The notes below the pieces were generated by a model, which worked only from the letters and a program-made list of their open reading frames with translations, made no database searches and was not told where the DNA came from. A program made the translations under genes and the position numbers. Of a stretch of DNA of 64,000 bases, positions 9,910-21,799 are shown in pieces. The stretch covers positions 96,001-160,000 of the IMG/VR virus record IMGVR_UViG_3300028800_000060; one strand, 5' to 3'. Within the stretch, counting starts at the first letter, position 1. Each line of letters starts with the position of its first letter. Source of the DNA: a virus.

Positions 9910-10959
9910 ATGATAGAAATCATTGATGGTTTTGATACCAATATCGACAGTTCATTAAATTGGAATTCTGGTTCTGCTTATGGAGCTAATGGTGGAAGAT
10001 TTGGTGGATCATCTGCTACGGGTGTATATCCGGCAACCTATACAACATTTCAAAAAACCTTATCAAACCAATCTTCTAGATATTGCGGGTTTGCTCTTTT
10101 AAAAAATAGTTATTATCCATATGATATCGTGTCTTTCATAGAAGGTACCACACCACAAATAACTCTGAGTACAGGATCTCAAGGACAATTACAATTTTAT
10201 TCTGGAAGTACAATTCTAGCACAAACACAACCATTCTTTTTACGTACAAATGCATGGTATTACCTTGAAGTATTTGTTAACATAAGTTTAACTGGTGGTA
10301 GTTTTATACTACGTATAGGTGAACAAACTATTTTACAAGTAATTAATGCAAATACACAACAATCATCTAATGCATATACGAATATCATTCAATTTACAGT
10401 TGCTAATGCAATCAATGGCAACCAACAATCGATAGATGATCTATACGTCTTGAATAATGTTGGTACAAAAAATAATACTTTCTTGGGGGAACAAAAGGTA
10501 ATTACATCAAACGTAAATTCAGATTATTCTGTTCAATTTTTACGTAATTCGGGAATAACAAATTACGGACAATTATTAACTGATGATAGTGATGTTTCTT
10601 ATAATTCATCCAATAATATTGGTGATAAAGATCTATTTGGTATAGTTCCTTTAACTCTTACTCCGAATAATTTTGGTGAATTTTATACAGGAAACAATAT
10701 TACAGCCACGCGTATGGTTGTTGTGGCCCGTAAAAATGATGTTGGATTTAGAAATATAGGTCTTGTAATGGATTCGGGTCCTACAGAGAATGTATTTCCT
10801 TTCAGTGTTTCTAGTGCAGGTAATTCAGTATTTTTTATTCCTCTTTTACCCACGTACGAATCATCTTCTACCATTTTTGAAAATGATCCAAATACAAATG
10901 CTTCTTGGACAAAAACTGCGGTAAATGCGGTGCATATTGGTTATAAATTGATAGGTTAG
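9910..10959 (+). CDS. virion protein, lectin/LamG-like beta-sandwich
   Basis: WYYLEV, IDDLYV, DPNTNASWT; N/S/T-rich; in the tail module. Confidence 0.6.
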   Translation: MIEIIDGFDTNIDSSLNWNSGSAYGANGGRFGGSSATGVYPATYTTFQKTLSNQSSRYCGFALLKNSYYPYDIVSFIEGTTPQITLSTGSQGQLQFYSGSTILAQTQPFFLRTNAWYYLEVFVNISLTGGSFILRIGEQTILQVINANTQQSSNAYTNIIQFTVANAINGNQQSIDDLYVLNNVGTKNNTFLGEQKVITSNVNSDYSVQFLRNSGITNYGQLLTDDSDVSYNSSNNIGDKDLFGIVPLTLTPNNFGEFYTGNNITATRMVVVARKNDVGFRNIGLVMDSGPTENVFPFSVSSAGNSVFFIPLLPTYESSSTIFENDPNTNASWTKTAVNAVHIGYKLIG

Positions 10960-10961
10960 AA

Positions 10962-11534
10962 ATGCCTATGGTTACGATTACAGATTCTGATACCTTAGCG
11001 ATTTCATTGGATGATAGTACTGGAACTTTTTATAATTTAGGACCACCTCCTACAGCGGCTCGGGTAACACAAGAGTATCACGAATCTTTATTAGATGGAT
11101 TTCCTTCATCACTAGTAACACATTTATACCACGAATCATTACTTAATGGTGTTCCCACATCATTTGTAACACGGTTATATTGGGAAACTTGTGTTAGTGT
11201 TAATAAATCAACAATCATAGATATTGATGTATTGGATATTTCTTTAACGGAAATAAATAAAAAAATTATTAAAGATATCGATTCTTTAGATATTTCTTTG
11301 GGTGAAAATGATCCTTCTCAATTGATTGATGTAGAACCAAATATTCTTCCTATCAATCAACCTTTTGTTTTGTTGTATGCTATTGGTTTTGGTTTTTTAA
11401 GTGGAGCAAAAATTAGTTTTAATGGTGTTTTACTACCATCAACAGTAATAAGCCCCAATTTTGTTACAGCTAAAGTTCCATCTAGATTAATTGCACCTAT
11501 AGGAAATATAAAAATCGATGTCATTAACGGTTAG
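10962..11534 (+). CDS. virion protein with C-terminal IPT/TIG-like domain
   Basis: GFGFLSGAKISFNG...T..S...TAKVP..LIA..G...IDV.N pattern. Confidence 0.55.
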   Translation: MPMVTITDSDTLAISLDDSTGTFYNLGPPPTAARVTQEYHESLLDGFPSSLVTHLYHESLLNGVPTSFVTRLYWETCVSVNKSTIIDIDVLDISLTEINKKIIKDIDSLDISLGENDPSQLIDVEPNILPINQPFVLLYAIGFGFLSGAKISFNGVLLPSTVISPNFVTAKVPSRLIAPIGNIKIDVING

Positions 11535-11994
11535 TGTTGTACCAGCGTTTGCTGTAGCTCGTTTAGGAGATTTATCTTCAGGACATTTTCCTTGGCCGGC
11601 CCGTCCTAATGATCAAGCTTCTCCAAATGTTTTTGTTAATAAAAAAGGATGGCATCGTTTTGGGGATCATTGGGCAATACATTGCGCCCCAGTGGGAGGA
11701 TGTCATGACGGTTATCTTGTACATGGAGCTCCGGGAGTTTTTGTAAATGGTAAACCCGCAGGTCGTATTGGAGATTTAATCTCTTGTTCTCCCCATGATG
11801 AGTTTGTCGATCAGGGAAGTCCTAATGTATTTTGTGGTAATTTTATGGGATCAGGACCAGAACCTGTTTTTGTTGAGCCTATACCTGAAGCTACAACCGG
11901 CGATTCTCAAGAAATGGCTCGGCAAAATTACGCTAATTGGAATAGAATGCCGATTGATTGGGAATTTGTTGATAGACAAATACATCAGATATAA
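11518..11994 (+). CDS. PAAR spike-tip protein (gp5.4-like)
   Basis: ARLGD.SSGH, ASPNVFVN, H.CHDG, VFVNGKPAGRIGD.ISC, GSPNVF. Confidence 0.88.
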   Translation: MSLTVSVVPAFAVARLGDLSSGHFPWPARPNDQASPNVFVNKKGWHRFGDHWAIHCAPVGGCHDGYLVHGAPGVFVNGKPAGRIGDLISCSPHDEFVDQGSPNVFCGNFMGSGPEPVFVEPIPEATTGDSQEMARQNYANWNRMPIDWEFVDRQIHQI

Positions 11995-12004
11995 ATATAT
12001 CTGA

Positions 12005-15000
12005 ATGGCTAACGATAACCTAATACTATTACAACCTTCGGATTTAATCAGTACATCCCGAGAAACTATTAATACAGATTTTCTTTTATTGGATGGTTTA
12101 ATTAATAGATTTTACCTCGCAAACAGCACACTTATCGGTCCTCCTGGTATAACTTTTCAAGGTACTTATGATGCTTTACACACCTATATTTTAGGTGATG
12201 GTGTGCTATTTGGAAGTTCTTCGTATGTAAGTTTACAAATTGACAATACTGGTAATCAACCTGATATTTCACCATTATTTTGGCAATTAGTTGCTGAAGG
12301 AGGAATACCTGGAGCTACTGGTCCAAGTGGATCAACGGGAACACCAGGTACAAATGGAAGTATAGGTGCTACAGGAGCAACAGGACCAATAGGTGCTATA
12401 GGAGCCACAGGTACATCTGGTATACCTGGTATAATTTGGCGAGGTAATTGGAGTAGTATAGTAACTTATAATGTGGGTGATGTTGTAGAACGAAATGGTT
12501 CAGCATATATTGCTACAGGAATTTCTTTAAATTTAGATCCAGCATTTAATCCCACATTTTGGAATGTGTTAGCAATGAAGGGTGATACCGGTGTTACTGG
12601 TGATGTAGGTGCGTCTGGAACACCAGGAACAGTGGGGGCAACGGGACCACAAGGAACAAGTTTAGTATACCGAGGTTTGTGGAATAATACTACCACTTAT
12701 GATTTACTAAACATGGTAAATTTTGGTGGTCAAGCTTATGTTGCTATTACTGGTTCAAATACTGGTTTACAACCAGATTTATTCCCTTCAAATTGGAATC
12801 AAATAACAATTACAGTTGTTGGTTCTACTGGTGCCACAGGAGCTTCTGGAACTCCGGGAGGAGCTACAGGTCCTTCTGGTGCTACAGGATCAACAGGACC
12901 AATAGGTGCTACGGGACCTGGTGGGGGTGGTGGAGGTGGAGGATCATTTGTTACTGCTTCGTCTTTAGGTGCAGTACTCGATTGTGATCTTAATACTGGA
13001 ACTAAAATTGGTGGCGGAACTGCTACTGATAATACGGCAATATTACAAGCCTATATCAATACAGCAAGTCAAGCTACACCAGCACATTTAATTATGGATG
13101 GTCCATCTTTAATTACGGGACTACAAATACCTGCGGCAGGTTATGTTATTATTGAAGGTGAAGGACTTGATACGGGATTTTATTTGAAATCAGGTTCAGG
13201 AAATGGTATCTTTAGTAACCGTCCCGGTAGTATTCCAGGATCACGAGGAGTTTTCGTTCAAATGAGAAATTTTTCATTGAATGTTAATGGTCCTGGTAAT
13301 GGTTTAGTTTATGGAATATATCTGTCTAATTTAGATCATGTACTTTTTTCTGACCTCCGAATTTTTAATGCTGTATGGTTTAATACTACAATAGAAAATT
13401 GTGGTGATGTGAATTTTGAAAACTTGTCGATACAAGGTACAAATACAGTACACCAAGATGGTATCCATATTTTTGGACCGGCTAATGATATTTCTATTAG
13501 TAATTGTAGATTTATTGCCTTGGGTGATGATGCTATTGCTATAAATGCTCCAGAAGGATATGGTGGGACTATATCAAGAGTTACGGTAACAAATTGTATA
13601 TTTTATAGCACACTGACTATGGCCAGAATATACAGCGTAATTGCCACAAATTACACTGTAGATAATGTGGTTTTTTCGAACTGCACCGGTAATATTATCA
13701 ATTCTATTGGCGTAGCTAATGGAGTTGGTTTTCGTATTGGTAATGGTGGAGTAGGAGCTACACAAGATTGGATAAGACATCTTTCTATAAATAATTGCCG
13801 TGTAATTGGATTGGCATTTATGGAATTTAGTGATAATGCCGGTGATATTTCTGTGAGTAATTGTACCTATACGTGTAATGATGGTTCTGTGCCCGCATTT
13901 TATTTCGTTGCCAATTCAATTGTGGCTCATTTAAATATCGATAACTTCACTCTGTATCGGGACGCATCTGGTTTTTCTACACCTTATTTGGTATCAACTT
14001 CTTATGGAACAGGAGGAGCGGTTCCTGGAATAATTAACCTCCTTAATCTCCGAAATTATCAAATCGTGAATGCTGTTGGAACCAGTTATGCTGGTGTCCA
14101 GACTAGCATGTTTAATACCACACAAGGAACTATTAATGAGATAGGACTTTCCAATATCAATAAAAATTATATTGGAACTGTTGCTACCAATTATGCTAAC
14201 ATTGGATCTATTGGTGGAATAGGTTGTTCTGTATTTACTTTACCTGATGCGCCAATTAAAATAGGAACTGTTTACCTTTCATTGAGTAATATTCCTACTA
14301 TTATGACCAATGTCGGTCCCATCCGGATAATTAAGGGTGGAAGAATGTATTCGGGTGATATTGATCCAACACCACATTCGGTTACCATGGTACAACATGC
14401 TAGTATTTCAGGTTCAACAACATTGGCATTCCCATCTGATGTTACGGCAGGAAATACGCTTGTTGTTGTTGCCAGAAATAATTCTTCACTTCCAAATCCT
14501 ACAGTTGTTACAGATACTAGAGGAAATAGTTGGACTCAAGCTGCATATGGTTCAGGACAAAATAATAATTTTCCGAATCAAGTTTCGATTTCTTATGCTA
14601 TTGCCAATTCATCAGGACCAAATACAGTTTCAGTTCCTGGTGGTCCCTATTTAATTGTAGTAGAATTTAATCCTGGAATTCATGTTCTGGATTTTTCTGC
14701 GGGTACAGTACAAGGTTTGGGAGGTCCACCTGCTCCTAATTTATTGCTATCACAATATGGTGATTTAGTTATTACAGCAGCAACTTATGATGGTGGTTCT
14801 TTTACTGATGTTGGTGAAACCACTATTGATAGTGCTGCTAATGTCGCGGCTTCATATAAAGCGGTTTTAAGTATCGGTTCATTTACAAGTAGTTTGACAG
14901 GATCTAGTTCTAACCAAGGTTATGCTAGTGCTGCATTTACAACAAGTATAGCTCCGGGAGATGATGGTGATTGGTACATCAATACAAATACTGGTGTCCT

Positions 15001-15208
15001 TTGGGGACCAAAAACTGGTGGGTTATACTCAAAACTTGAAGGTTTTGTTCCTGCGGGCGGCGCGAATAAATATGTATTAACAAAGAATAGTTCTAATGAT
15101 TATGATTATGGATGGAAGGTAATAAACACCCATTCTGAATCATTAACTGACGGACATAGTAATTTTATATTTTCAGAAGGTGATATTATCACCGTAGTTT
15201 ACACATAG
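12005..15208 (+). CDS. tail fibre/spike: carbohydrate-binding repeats, collagen-like G-X-T stretches, pectate-lyase-type beta-helix
   Basis: Three W/Y..Y..GD.V...G..Y modules; GATGxx repeats; DNTAILQA and QDGIH...ISNC...GDDAIAI (GH28-like parallel beta-helix). Confidence 0.8.
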   Translation: MANDNLILLQPSDLISTSRETINTDFLLLDGLINRFYLANSTLIGPPGITFQGTYDALHTYILGDGVLFGSSSYVSLQIDNTGNQPDISPLFWQLVAEGGIPGATGPSGSTGTPGTNGSIGATGATGPIGAIGATGTSGIPGIIWRGNWSSIVTYNVGDVVERNGSAYIATGISLNLDPAFNPTFWNVLAMKGDTGVTGDVGASGTPGTVGATGPQGTSLVYRGLWNNTTTYDLLNMVNFGGQAYVAITGSNTGLQPDLFPSNWNQITITVVGSTGATGASGTPGGATGPSGATGSTGPIGATGPGGGGGGGGSFVTASSLGAVLDCDLNTGTKIGGGTATDNTAILQAYINTASQATPAHLIMDGPSLITGLQIPAAGYVIIEGEGLDTGFYLKSGSGNGIFSNRPGSIPGSRGVFVQMRNFSLNVNGPGNGLVYGIYLSNLDHVLFSDLRIFNAVWFNTTIENCGDVNFENLSIQGTNTVHQDGIHIFGPANDISISNCRFIALGDDAIAINAPEGYGGTISRVTVTNCIFYSTLTMARIYSVIATNYTVDNVVFSNCTGNIINSIGVANGVGFRIGNGGVGATQDWIRHLSINNCRVIGLAFMEFSDNAGDISVSNCTYTCNDGSVPAFYFVANSIVAHLNIDNFTLYRDASGFSTPYLVSTSYGTGGAVPGIINLLNLRNYQIVNAVGTSYAGVQTSMFNTTQGTINEIGLSNINKNYIGTVATNYANIGSIGGIGCSVFTLPDAPIKIGTVYLSLSNIPTIMTNVGPIRIIKGGRMYSGDIDPTPHSVTMVQHASISGSTTLAFPSDVTAGNTLVVVARNNSSLPNPTVVTDTRGNSWTQAAYGSGQNNNFPNQVSISYAIANSSGPNTVSVPGGPYLIVVEFNPGIHVLDFSAGTVQGLGGPPAPNLLLSQYGDLVITAATYDGGSFTDVGETTIDSAANVAASYKAVLSIGSFTSSLTGSSSNQGYASAAFTTSIAPGDDGDWYINTNTGVLWGPKTGGLYSKLEGFVPAGGANKYVLTKNSSNDYDYGWKVINTHSESLTDGHSNFIFSEGDIITVVYT

Positions 15209-15215
15209 AGGAAAA

Positions 15216-16163
15216 ATGAGCATATTAGCTAACGTTATAGTCCGAGATTTATTTGCTAATTTACCTGCGGCAGGAATTTCCGGAAGATTATTTTTTGCAT
15301 CTGATGTAATTTATTCTGCAAGAGATAATGGAACAAGTTGGGATCCTATTCCTGTTGAAGGAGCTACAGGTGCCACAGGCCCAGTAGGTGCTTCGGGAGC
15401 AAACGGATCTAATGGTGCCACAGGTGCAACTGGTGCAGGTACTACAGGTGCAACGGGGCCTCAGGGGGCTACAGGATTTACAGGTCCAACAGGAAATCAG
15501 GGAAGTACAGGCGCCACGGGTGCAGGTACTACAGGTGCCACGGGGCCTCAGGGAGCTACAGGAGCTACAGGAGTAGGAAGTACAGGTGCCACGGGTCCTA
15601 TTGGAGCGTCTGGAAATCCTGGCGGGGCAACAGGTGCCACGGGTGCTTCGGGAGCAAACGGTTCCAATGGTGCTACTGGAGCAACTGGTGCTGGTGCAAC
15701 TGGTGCCACGGGTCCTATTGGAGCATCAGGAAATCCTGGCGGGGCTACAGGTGCTACTGGAGCAAATGGTTCCGATGGTGCTACTGGAGCAACTGGTGCT
15801 TCCGGAATAGGCGCAACGGGGGCAACGGGTCCATCAGGAGGTGGAGGAGGTGGAGGTGTTATAGGAACAGCCCTATTTGATGCCTCATCAGGATCCATAG
15901 TTGGATTAGTAGTAGCTGGTAATATTAGTGGGGTTACATATACCAGTACAGGAACCTATGCAGTCTCACTAACAGGGAGTCCTACCAATTACCTAGTACA
16001 AGTTCAATGCTCGAATGATTCCGGTACATATGTTGCCTTACCTTCGATTCAGTATAATAGTGTCACCTCTTCAGGATTTTCAATACGTGTAATTCAGGTG
16101 AATGGTGGTGGTTTTGGTGTTAGAGATTTCCCTATCAATTGTATTTCGGTTATAAAACTTTAA
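15216..16163 (+). CDS. collagen-like fibre protein
   Basis: ~160 aa of GAT/GPx triplets between globular N- and C-terminal domains. Confidence 0.8.
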   Translation: MSILANVIVRDLFANLPAAGISGRLFFASDVIYSARDNGTSWDPIPVEGATGATGPVGASGANGSNGATGATGAGTTGATGPQGATGFTGPTGNQGSTGATGAGTTGATGPQGATGATGVGSTGATGPIGASGNPGGATGATGASGANGSNGATGATGAGATGATGPIGASGNPGGATGATGANGSDGATGATGASGIGATGATGPSGGGGGGGVIGTALFDASSGSIVGLVVAGNISGVTYTSTGTYAVSLTGSPTNYLVQVQCSNDSGTYVALPSIQYNSVTSSGFSIRVIQVNGGGFGVRDFPINCISVIKL

Positions 16164-16179
16164 CCAGTCATTTAAGAAT

Positions 16180-16208
16180 TTGACAACAATAATGTATTAT
16201 GTTATAAT
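16180..16208 (+). promoter_or_regulatory. sigma70 promoter (probably leaderless transcript)
   Basis: TTGACA(16180)-17-TATAAT(16203); ATG 7 nt later. Confidence 0.8.
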
Positions 16209-16215
16209 ATAGATA

Positions 16216-17385
16216 ATGAAACTGCGCATACATGTTATTTCCTTACCGCATACCAAGACCAATAAGCTATATTGTGCCTGTGCCTACACCCAAAAAATCC
16301 TGAATTTTTGTAAGATGATGCATTCCCTCGGCCATACCGTTTTTCATTACGGAGCCGAGGGTTCTCAGGTTGAATGTACAGAACAAATACAAATAATTTC
16401 TGATGCCGAACAGCGCCATTATTTTGGTGCAACTGATTGGAAAAAAAATACCTTCCCTATTAAATGGGATTCTAGAGAACCGTATTGGGATCTAACCAAT
16501 GTGCGTGCTGCAACCGAAATTAATAAACGAAAACAAAAACAGGATTTTGTTTGTGTTGTTGGTGGTGTTTGTCAAAAACCTCTTACAGATTTGGTAGGCG
16601 AATCACATACAATTAATGTCGAACCTTTTGTTGGTTATTATGGAATATATACCAAATATCGGGCATTTGAAAGTTATACACATCAATCTTGTGTATATGG
16701 AACAATGTCAGGTGATCCAAATGGACAATTATATGATTGTGTGATTCCAAATTATTATGATCCCAGTGATTTCTCAATTTCAACAGAGCGAAAAGATTAT
16801 TTACTTTACATTGGAAGATTAATTTCCAGGAAAGGTATTTTAATAGCTTTGCAAACTGCTAAAGCTACCGGTAGAAAATTGATTATGGCCGGCCAAGGTG
16901 TTAAAGAGATCACCTCCGATCGATTAGTGACCGAAGAGGGAATTACTATTCCTTTGGGGGATGATGTTGAATATTTTGGTTATGCGGGAGTTGAAGAACG
17001 CCGTAAATTAATGGGCGAAGCGCATGCAATTTTGATGCCTACTTTATTTATGGAGCCATTTGGTGGAGTAGCTGTTGAATCTCAGTTGTGTGGTACTCCC
17101 GTTATTTCAACGGACCATGCAGCCTTCACAGAAACAGTAAAACATGGAGAAACTGGTTATCGTTGCCACTCGCTAGAACAATTTGTATGGGCTGTAGAAC
17201 ATACTGATGAACTGCACCTACCGGATGTAATACGAGATATTGCCTTGGCAAATTACTCAATTGATAAGGTCAAATATATGTATGATGAGTGGTTCAATAT
17301 GCTTTTGGGCCTTTGGGGTTCTGGATGGCCGGATTTAACGAGACTCGAAGAACGAAAAAATCTGGATTGGTTGCATAAAATCTGA
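16216..17385 (+). CDS. GT-B glycosyltransferase (GT4 family)
   Basis: LYIGRLxxRKG, EPFGGVAVESQLCGTPVIST (E-x7-E motif), VKHGETGY. Confidence 0.9.
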   Translation: MKLRIHVISLPHTKTNKLYCACAYTQKILNFCKMMHSLGHTVFHYGAEGSQVECTEQIQIISDAEQRHYFGATDWKKNTFPIKWDSREPYWDLTNVRAATEINKRKQKQDFVCVVGGVCQKPLTDLVGESHTINVEPFVGYYGIYTKYRAFESYTHQSCVYGTMSGDPNGQLYDCVIPNYYDPSDFSISTERKDYLLYIGRLISRKGILIALQTAKATGRKLIMAGQGVKEITSDRLVTEEGITIPLGDDVEYFGYAGVEERRKLMGEAHAILMPTLFMEPFGGVAVESQLCGTPVISTDHAAFTETVKHGETGYRCHSLEQFVWAVEHTDELHLPDVIRDIALANYSIDKVKYMYDEWFNMLLGLWGSGWPDLTRLEERKNLDWLHKI

Positions 17386-17401
17386 TGCTAAATAGAAGTA
17401 A

Positions 17402-17788
17402 ATGGCACAACCAAGATTTCGCGACATTTCTCTTTCTTTTCGAAATAATCCAGTAACTGGAGACATTGTTGAACTTTTTGATTCTGATGCTGTAAAGGCT
17501 TCGGTAATTAATCTCGTTATGACGATGAATTTTGAAATTCCTTTTCATCCTGAAGTAGGAAGTGCTGTAATGCGGTCATTATTCGACAATTTCGGAACAA
17601 TGACCGCTGTGAATATTCGGCGGTCAATTTTAGACGTATTACAAAACTTTGAAAGCCGCGTAGAAGTTCTAGGTGTAGATGTTTCTATGGATCCCGATGC
17701 CCATGGATACAATGCACTAATTGTATACCAAATCATCGGACAACCTACTCCAGTAACGATAACACTTTTTCTAGAAAAGACACGATAA
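17402..17788 (+). CDS. gp25: gp25 baseplate wedge subunit
   Basis: FRDISLSF..NPVTGD, AVKASVINLV.T...E.PFHPEVGS, FESRV. Confidence 0.92.
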   Translation: MAQPRFRDISLSFRNNPVTGDIVELFDSDAVKASVINLVMTMNFEIPFHPEVGSAVMRSLFDNFGTMTAVNIRRSILDVLQNFESRVEVLGVDVSMDPDAHGYNALIVYQIIGQPTPVTITLFLEKTR

Positions 17789-19599
17789 TGGCTAATAGCA
17801 GCACATCAACAAAACTCAATATATCGGAATTAGATTTTGATGCGATCATTTCGGCACTTACTAATTACCTACAGTCCCAAAGTGAATTTCAAGATTATAA
17901 TTTCCAGGGATCAGGATTGCGTGTCATTCTTAACATTCTCGCCTATAACACGCATTTTCTTTCATATTATTTAAATATGGTTGCTAATGAATCTTTTCTT
18001 GATTCGGCTGACCGTAGAGAAAATATTGTATCGATTGCAAAACAGTTGGGATATACTCCCTCATCCCGTAAGGCTTCAGAAGCTACAGTAAATTTAACAA
18101 TTACACCTCCAATAAGTCCTACACCACCTGCGTTTCTTACAATACCAATTTATACACCATTTAATACGGTTGTAAATGGAACCACATATACATTTTTAAC
18201 AACACAATCATTATCAGTTCCCTATGATGTGGTTAATAACCGTTATGTTGCAAATAATGTGTTATTAAAAGAAGGAATTGCATATACTTTCCAATATACT
18301 GTTAATACTGGTAATCCAGTTAAGTATGTTATTCCTAACCAGAATGTTGATACGAATACTTTGGTAGTCAGTATACAAGATAGCACTATGAGTTCTTTGC
18401 TTACCACATTCAACTTGGTAAGCGATTTGAATGTTTTGGATGGAACTTCTAATGTATTTTTCTTACAGGAAGTTACAAATGCTAATTATGAAGTTTATTT
18501 TGGAGATGGCATTTTAGGTAAGTCATTAACTGATGGAAATGTTGTAAACTTAACCTTTATTGCATGTAATGCTGATGCGCCAAATTTGGCAAGCATTTTC
18601 ACAATTGCGGGAAATATTAATGGATATAGTAATGTGTTAGTTTCAACCATTAACCCGGCCGCAGGTGGTGCCGAGAGAGAATCTAATGATAGTATTAGGT
18701 TTACAGCACCCCAAAATTATCAAACACAAAATCGTGCGGTTACGGCAAATGATTATGAAACGATTATCACTCGTGAATATCCTAATGTAGATAGTGTAGC
18801 AGTGTGGGGTGGAGAAACAAATATTCCACCACATTATGGAACAGTTTATTTGAGTTTGAAACCTGCATCTGGTTACGTGATCACCAATCTTACAAAACAA
18901 AATATTGTTACAAATATATTACAGGCAAGGAATATAGTTTCAATAATTCCTGTTATTATTGATCCTGATTATATTTTTTTGGTTGTAAATTCTTTGGTGA
19001 AATATAATGCCCGCGCCACTACATTGACATCCGGTCAATTACAAAATAACGTTATAACCACGATAGAAAATTTTGCCGAAACTAATATTGGTCATTTTGG
19101 TGATATTTTCCGTTATTCTCAATTAACCCGGGCTATAGACGAAACTAATCCCGCCATTACAAATGACTTGACAACTGTATTAATGCAAAAACGATTTGTT
19201 CCACCCTTGAATGTGATTGATACGTATACGATTCTTTTTTCTAATCCAATACTTCCCAATACATTATCAAGCGGTTCATTCGTTGATACGGCAGATCCTA
19301 ATTATGTTTCTGGACAGTTATATTTCTTTGATGATGATGGACAGGGATCTATTAGAACCTATAAGTTTGTGGGACCTGTCAAAACTTATACAAATTTGAA
19401 GTCAGGAACCATAGACTATTCCACTGGTAATGTTATATTGTCCTATTTCAAACCCTCAAGTATAACAGATACGACACAAACACTAAAAATTAGTGTACAG
19501 CCACAGATTAATGATATCTCACCTATTCGCAATAATATCATCTTGATAGATCCAAATGATATTACCGTTTCTATGATGGTTAACACTCAATTAGGATAA
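17788..19599 (+). CDS. gp6: gp6 baseplate wedge subunit
   Basis: LDFDxI, EFQDYNFQGSGL..LAYNTH, NESFLDSA, FGDGILG, QNRAVTANDY, WGGE. Confidence 0.95.
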   Translation: MANSSTSTKLNISELDFDAIISALTNYLQSQSEFQDYNFQGSGLRVILNILAYNTHFLSYYLNMVANESFLDSADRRENIVSIAKQLGYTPSSRKASEATVNLTITPPISPTPPAFLTIPIYTPFNTVVNGTTYTFLTTQSLSVPYDVVNNRYVANNVLLKEGIAYTFQYTVNTGNPVKYVIPNQNVDTNTLVVSIQDSTMSSLLTTFNLVSDLNVLDGTSNVFFLQEVTNANYEVYFGDGILGKSLTDGNVVNLTFIACNADAPNLASIFTIAGNINGYSNVLVSTINPAAGGAERESNDSIRFTAPQNYQTQNRAVTANDYETIITREYPNVDSVAVWGGETNIPPHYGTVYLSLKPASGYVITNLTKQNIVTNILQARNIVSIIPVIIDPDYIFLVVNSLVKYNARATTLTSGQLQNNVITTIENFAETNIGHFGDIFRYSQLTRAIDETNPAITNDLTTVLMQKRFVPPLNVIDTYTILFSNPILPNTLSSGSFVDTADPNYVSGQLYFFDDDGQGSIRTYKFVGPVKTYTNLKSGTIDYSTGNVILSYFKPSSITDTTQTLKISVQPQINDISPIRNNIILIDPNDITVSMMVNTQLG

Positions 19600-19600
19600 A

Positions 19601-21790
19601 ATGTTTCCATATATTTCACAATATATTCGTACTCAGCCGCCTCAAACAATAAGGGATAATTATCCCTTATTTTTGGATTTCATGACGGCTTATTATGAAT
19701 TTTTAGAACAATCTGGCGGCGCTGTAAATGGTATTTTAACATTACTTAGCCAAAGGGATATTGATACCTCGTTAGATCTATTCCTAAAATATTTTGAATA
19801 TGAATTTTTGCCTAATATTCCTACTACGTTACTTGCTGATCCTCGAAAATTGGCAAAACATATAAAAGATTTTTATTTGGCAAGAGGATCAGAGAAATCT
19901 TTTAAACTTTTATTTCGGATACTTTATGATGATTCGGTTGGGTTTTATTATCCAAAAACTGATATTATTAAACCCTCAGATGGTAAATGGTCAGTAGATA
20001 CCGTAATACGAACAACAACGGTAAATGATACGTATAAGTTTGTTGGTAGACAAATTGTAGGACAAACTTCTGGTGCTACAGCAAACGTTGAAAATGTGGT
20101 TAAATTAACCTATAATAGTGATATTGTTAGTGAAATCTATATCTCTAACCTTTCTATATTAGGAACCTTTCAGGTTGGTGAAAATATTGGCGTATTATTA
20201 CCAAATAATACAACCGTTTATGAAACTGTATATGGATTAGCTACAGGTATAGATCTTACAAATCCGGGAACGGGATATAAAGTTGATGATGTAATTACTA
20301 CATCTACTCCCACTAATGGCGCTAGTGCATTATTTGCTGTAGGTATTATAAGTGGCAACGAAGTGGGAAGAGTTGTTCGCGCCAGTTTTGAAAATTATCC
20401 TCAACCCCCTTTAATCCAATTATCATCAACGGCTTCAATTACTGATGGATTTTATAATAATCTTTTAATTACCATTACAGATGGTTCTGGTGCGGGTCAG
20501 ACAAGAACAATTATTGGATATAATGGAACGCAGCAAGTAGCTCTATTAGATACAAATTGGATTGTATTGCCAGATATTACCAGCCATTATAGCATTTCTT
20601 TAGGTAAAATTAAAATCGTAAAAGCTAAAGATTTTGGTTATAATTTTTCAACACCTATTGCGGCTGATTTTTCTCTTTCAGGAAATAAAGATGCTGTGGG
20701 TACAATTACTGTAGGCGCCGTGGGCCAGTATGCGGGAAGATTTATAAACAATGATGGCTTCTTGAGTTATAGAAAATATTTACAAGATAGTTTTTATTAC
20801 CAAGATTTTTCGTATGTATTACGTGTCCACGAAACATTAACTGAATATATTAATGTTGTTAAAAAATTGTTGCATCCTGCTGGGTTAGCTTTATTTGGTA
20901 TAGATATTATTGATAGTGCAACATTTATCCGAAAAACACATAATCTTTCGGCAACAGTTACCACAACTACTTTTGGTGGAGTTCCACCTCCCACGAATTT
21001 ACAAGTTCAATATGATATGATTGAAGGTATTGATCCTCAATTGTTGTATGATGTCAGTCCTGCATATCCAAATGGGTTTAATGCTACATTAGGATCAATA
21101 CATGGAAGTGATATTGATGATCCTTCTTGGGGAGCACCAGGAGTATCATTTTTCAATACCTTTATAAATGCACGAGTAGTACCAATTAATAACACACAGC
21201 AAACGATAATTGTTGTGGCGAAAGCCAACGTACTTCAAGATAATTCGGGATTAATTGGTTGTATTGATGAAAATAAAGATTTGGGTGTAACGGGGTATCA
21301 GATATACATAAACTCCGATGGTAGTTTGGTTTTTAGAACGCAAAAAATAAATACCATACAGAATGATTTGAGGATTAATTATCCTGCGGGGTCTATAAAT
21401 ACTTCTGATTACTTTTTTGCGGCTTTGCGATATTTTAATAATACTATTGTTGGTAATTTAAATTTAAATTCTTCTATTATTGGCAGTTACGGTACAAATA
21501 TTGATTCGACGTCCATATTATCTAATTCGCGCGGTTATTATTTGGGTACGGGAGGCTTTCATCAAAGTCTTTCAACTACACCATCACTCTACGGATCCGC
21601 ACTCTACGGATCAACACTCGCAGGTATTCCATCTGCTATCAATGTTCCTGTAACTTTGTACCAAGGTTATTTTGATGGAATTATTAGTTACGTGTTGATC
21701 TACAATAGGTTTTTATCTGATACAGAAATCCTTACAGCACATCAGTTTGTTAAAGGAGTGATGAATGGACGAGGTATTCCACTTTCATAA
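19601..21790 (+). CDS. gp7: gp7-like baseplate wedge initiator
   Basis: F.DF..AYYEFLE, IKDFY.ARGSEKSF.LLFRILY, KPSDGKW, LQDSFYYQDFSYV, LHPAGL. Confidence 0.85.
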   Translation: MFPYISQYIRTQPPQTIRDNYPLFLDFMTAYYEFLEQSGGAVNGILTLLSQRDIDTSLDLFLKYFEYEFLPNIPTTLLADPRKLAKHIKDFYLARGSEKSFKLLFRILYDDSVGFYYPKTDIIKPSDGKWSVDTVIRTTTVNDTYKFVGRQIVGQTSGATANVENVVKLTYNSDIVSEIYISNLSILGTFQVGENIGVLLPNNTTVYETVYGLATGIDLTNPGTGYKVDDVITTSTPTNGASALFAVGIISGNEVGRVVRASFENYPQPPLIQLSSTASITDGFYNNLLITITDGSGAGQTRTIIGYNGTQQVALLDTNWIVLPDITSHYSISLGKIKIVKAKDFGYNFSTPIAADFSLSGNKDAVGTITVGAVGQYAGRFINNDGFLSYRKYLQDSFYYQDFSYVLRVHETLTEYINVVKKLLHPAGLALFGIDIIDSATFIRKTHNLSATVTTTTFGGVPPPTNLQVQYDMIEGIDPQLLYDVSPAYPNGFNATLGSIHGSDIDDPSWGAPGVSFFNTFINARVVPINNTQQTIIVVAKANVLQDNSGLIGCIDENKDLGVTGYQIYINSDGSLVFRTQKINTIQNDLRINYPAGSINTSDYFFAALRYFNNTIVGNLNLNSSIIGSYGTNIDSTSILSNSRGYYLGTGGFHQSLSTTPSLYGSALYGSTLAGIPSAINVPVTLYQGYFDGIISYVLIYNRFLSDTEILTAHQFVKGVMNGRGIPLS

Positions 21791-21799
21791 ATATAAAGT

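Noticed and set aside
15388-15898. Overlapping ORFs in the collagen-like gene (PVAPVAP...)
   Set aside because: Shadow frames of GAT/GPT repeats.
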